NCBI GenBank assembly: GCA_049840735.1
Contig: JASGJN010000020.1
Location: 512,001 to 576,000 of the forward strand
Direction of reading: 5' to 3'
Origin: Anaeromyxobacter sp.
GTDB lineage: Bacteria; Myxococcota; Myxococcia; Myxococcales; Anaeromyxobacteraceae
Length of the DNA: 64,000 nt
In this document: positions 63,469 through 64,000 of the stretch, in pieces
How positions within the stretch are numbered: position 1 is the first letter of the stretch
Layout of the letters: every line of letters starts with the position of its first letter
Translations under genes and position numbers: made by a program
Notes under the pieces: model-generated
Told to the model about the DNA's origin: nothing
Seen by the model: only the letters and a program-made list of their open reading frames with translations
Database searches by the model: none

Positions 63469-63779
63469 CCGCCGTCGTCCGGGCACACGTTGACGTGCTT
63501 GCGCGAGCTGCGCGGCTCGGCCATCCAGGGCGCCACCGCGTCGCGCCAGCGCTGGTAGTGCGCCGTCTCCTTGTGCGCCGCCGGGGCGGCGGCGTCGCGG
63601 TAGACCTCGACCAGCACGAAGCGGGTGGGCTCCTCCAGGTCCTGCACCACGTCGAAGCGCGCCACGCCCGGCTCGCGCAGGCTGGCGGCGGCGTTCTCGC
63701 GGGTGGCGCGGATGAAGTCCTGCACGTGCTCGGGCTTGACCCGGACCTGCACGTGGACGGCGAGCAAGGTGTTGGACAT
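63462..63779 (-). CDS. ABM-domain protein (LsrG/putative quinol monooxygenase-like)
   Basis: VRVKPE...EPGVARFDV...FVLVEVY...[11 protein letters not shown]. Confidence 0.85.
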   Translation of the reverse strand: MSNTLLAVHVQVRVKPEHVQDFIRATRENAAASLREPGVARFDVVQDLEEPTRFVLVEVYRDAAAPAAHKETAHYQRWRDAVAPWMAEPRSSRKHVNVCPDDGGW

Positions 63780-63857
63780 GGCCGGAGGGTACACCGCGTC
63801 CGGGCCTTGGTGCAGCGCGGGGAGTCGTCGCTGCGCTGCTGCGGAGCCCGGGAGAGG

Positions 63858-63913
63858 GCTGCGGCGCGTCTCGATTCGGAGCTCCCTGGTCTCCGAAGGG
63901 GACGCGCCGCAGC
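63858..63913. repeat. Long stem-loop upstream of the ABM-ADH operon
   Basis: GCTGCGGCGCGTC..TTCGGAG-N9-CTCCGAA..GACGCGCCGCAGC. Confidence 0.55.
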
Positions 63914-64000
63914 AAGAGGGTGCCCCGCTCAGGCGGGCGGGGCGGGAGGCGCCGGGAGGGTGTCCGGCGCATCCCTGCAAAGTCCTGCAGCCGGCCGGGC

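Overview
This is a very GC-rich bacterial window. Gene style and content (split RdgC pair, short Gre-family factor, many lipoproteins) suggest an Anaeromyxobacter-like Myxococcota genome; that assignment is inference and was not tested. Main blocks from left to right: (1) a beta-1,3-glucan (laminarin-type) utilisation locus at 1-13.5 kb, with two GH16 enzymes, a family-5 (Opp/Dpp-type) ABC importer, a ROK repressor with two visible palindromic operators, a ~1045-aa modular carbohydrate-binding lipoprotein and a ROK sugar kinase; (2) siroheme synthesis genes, a ferredoxin sulfite/nitrite reductase and a phosphoketolase; (3) housekeeping and accessory genes (Uup-like ABC-F, PAS hybrid kinase, GH13, orphan Imm8, prfC); (4) an uncharacterised three-gene cassette encoding a Trp/Cys-rich protein, a DUF1360-like CxxC membrane protein and a small MCCG-start protein; (5) a red-type (form IC/ID) Calvin-cycle cluster cbbR-cbbL-cbbS-cbbX-fbp-prk lying between a multi-module pullulanase and a multi-module alpha-amylase; (6) a second hybrid kinase, RdgC pair, SDR, Gre-like factor, LacI, Fe-ADH and ABM protein. 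Many genes carry single-base indels, densest at 45.4-49.4 kb. These are most likely long-read assembly errors, so several coordinates are reconstructed across frameshifts. No rRNA, tRNA, CRISPR array or transposase was seen.
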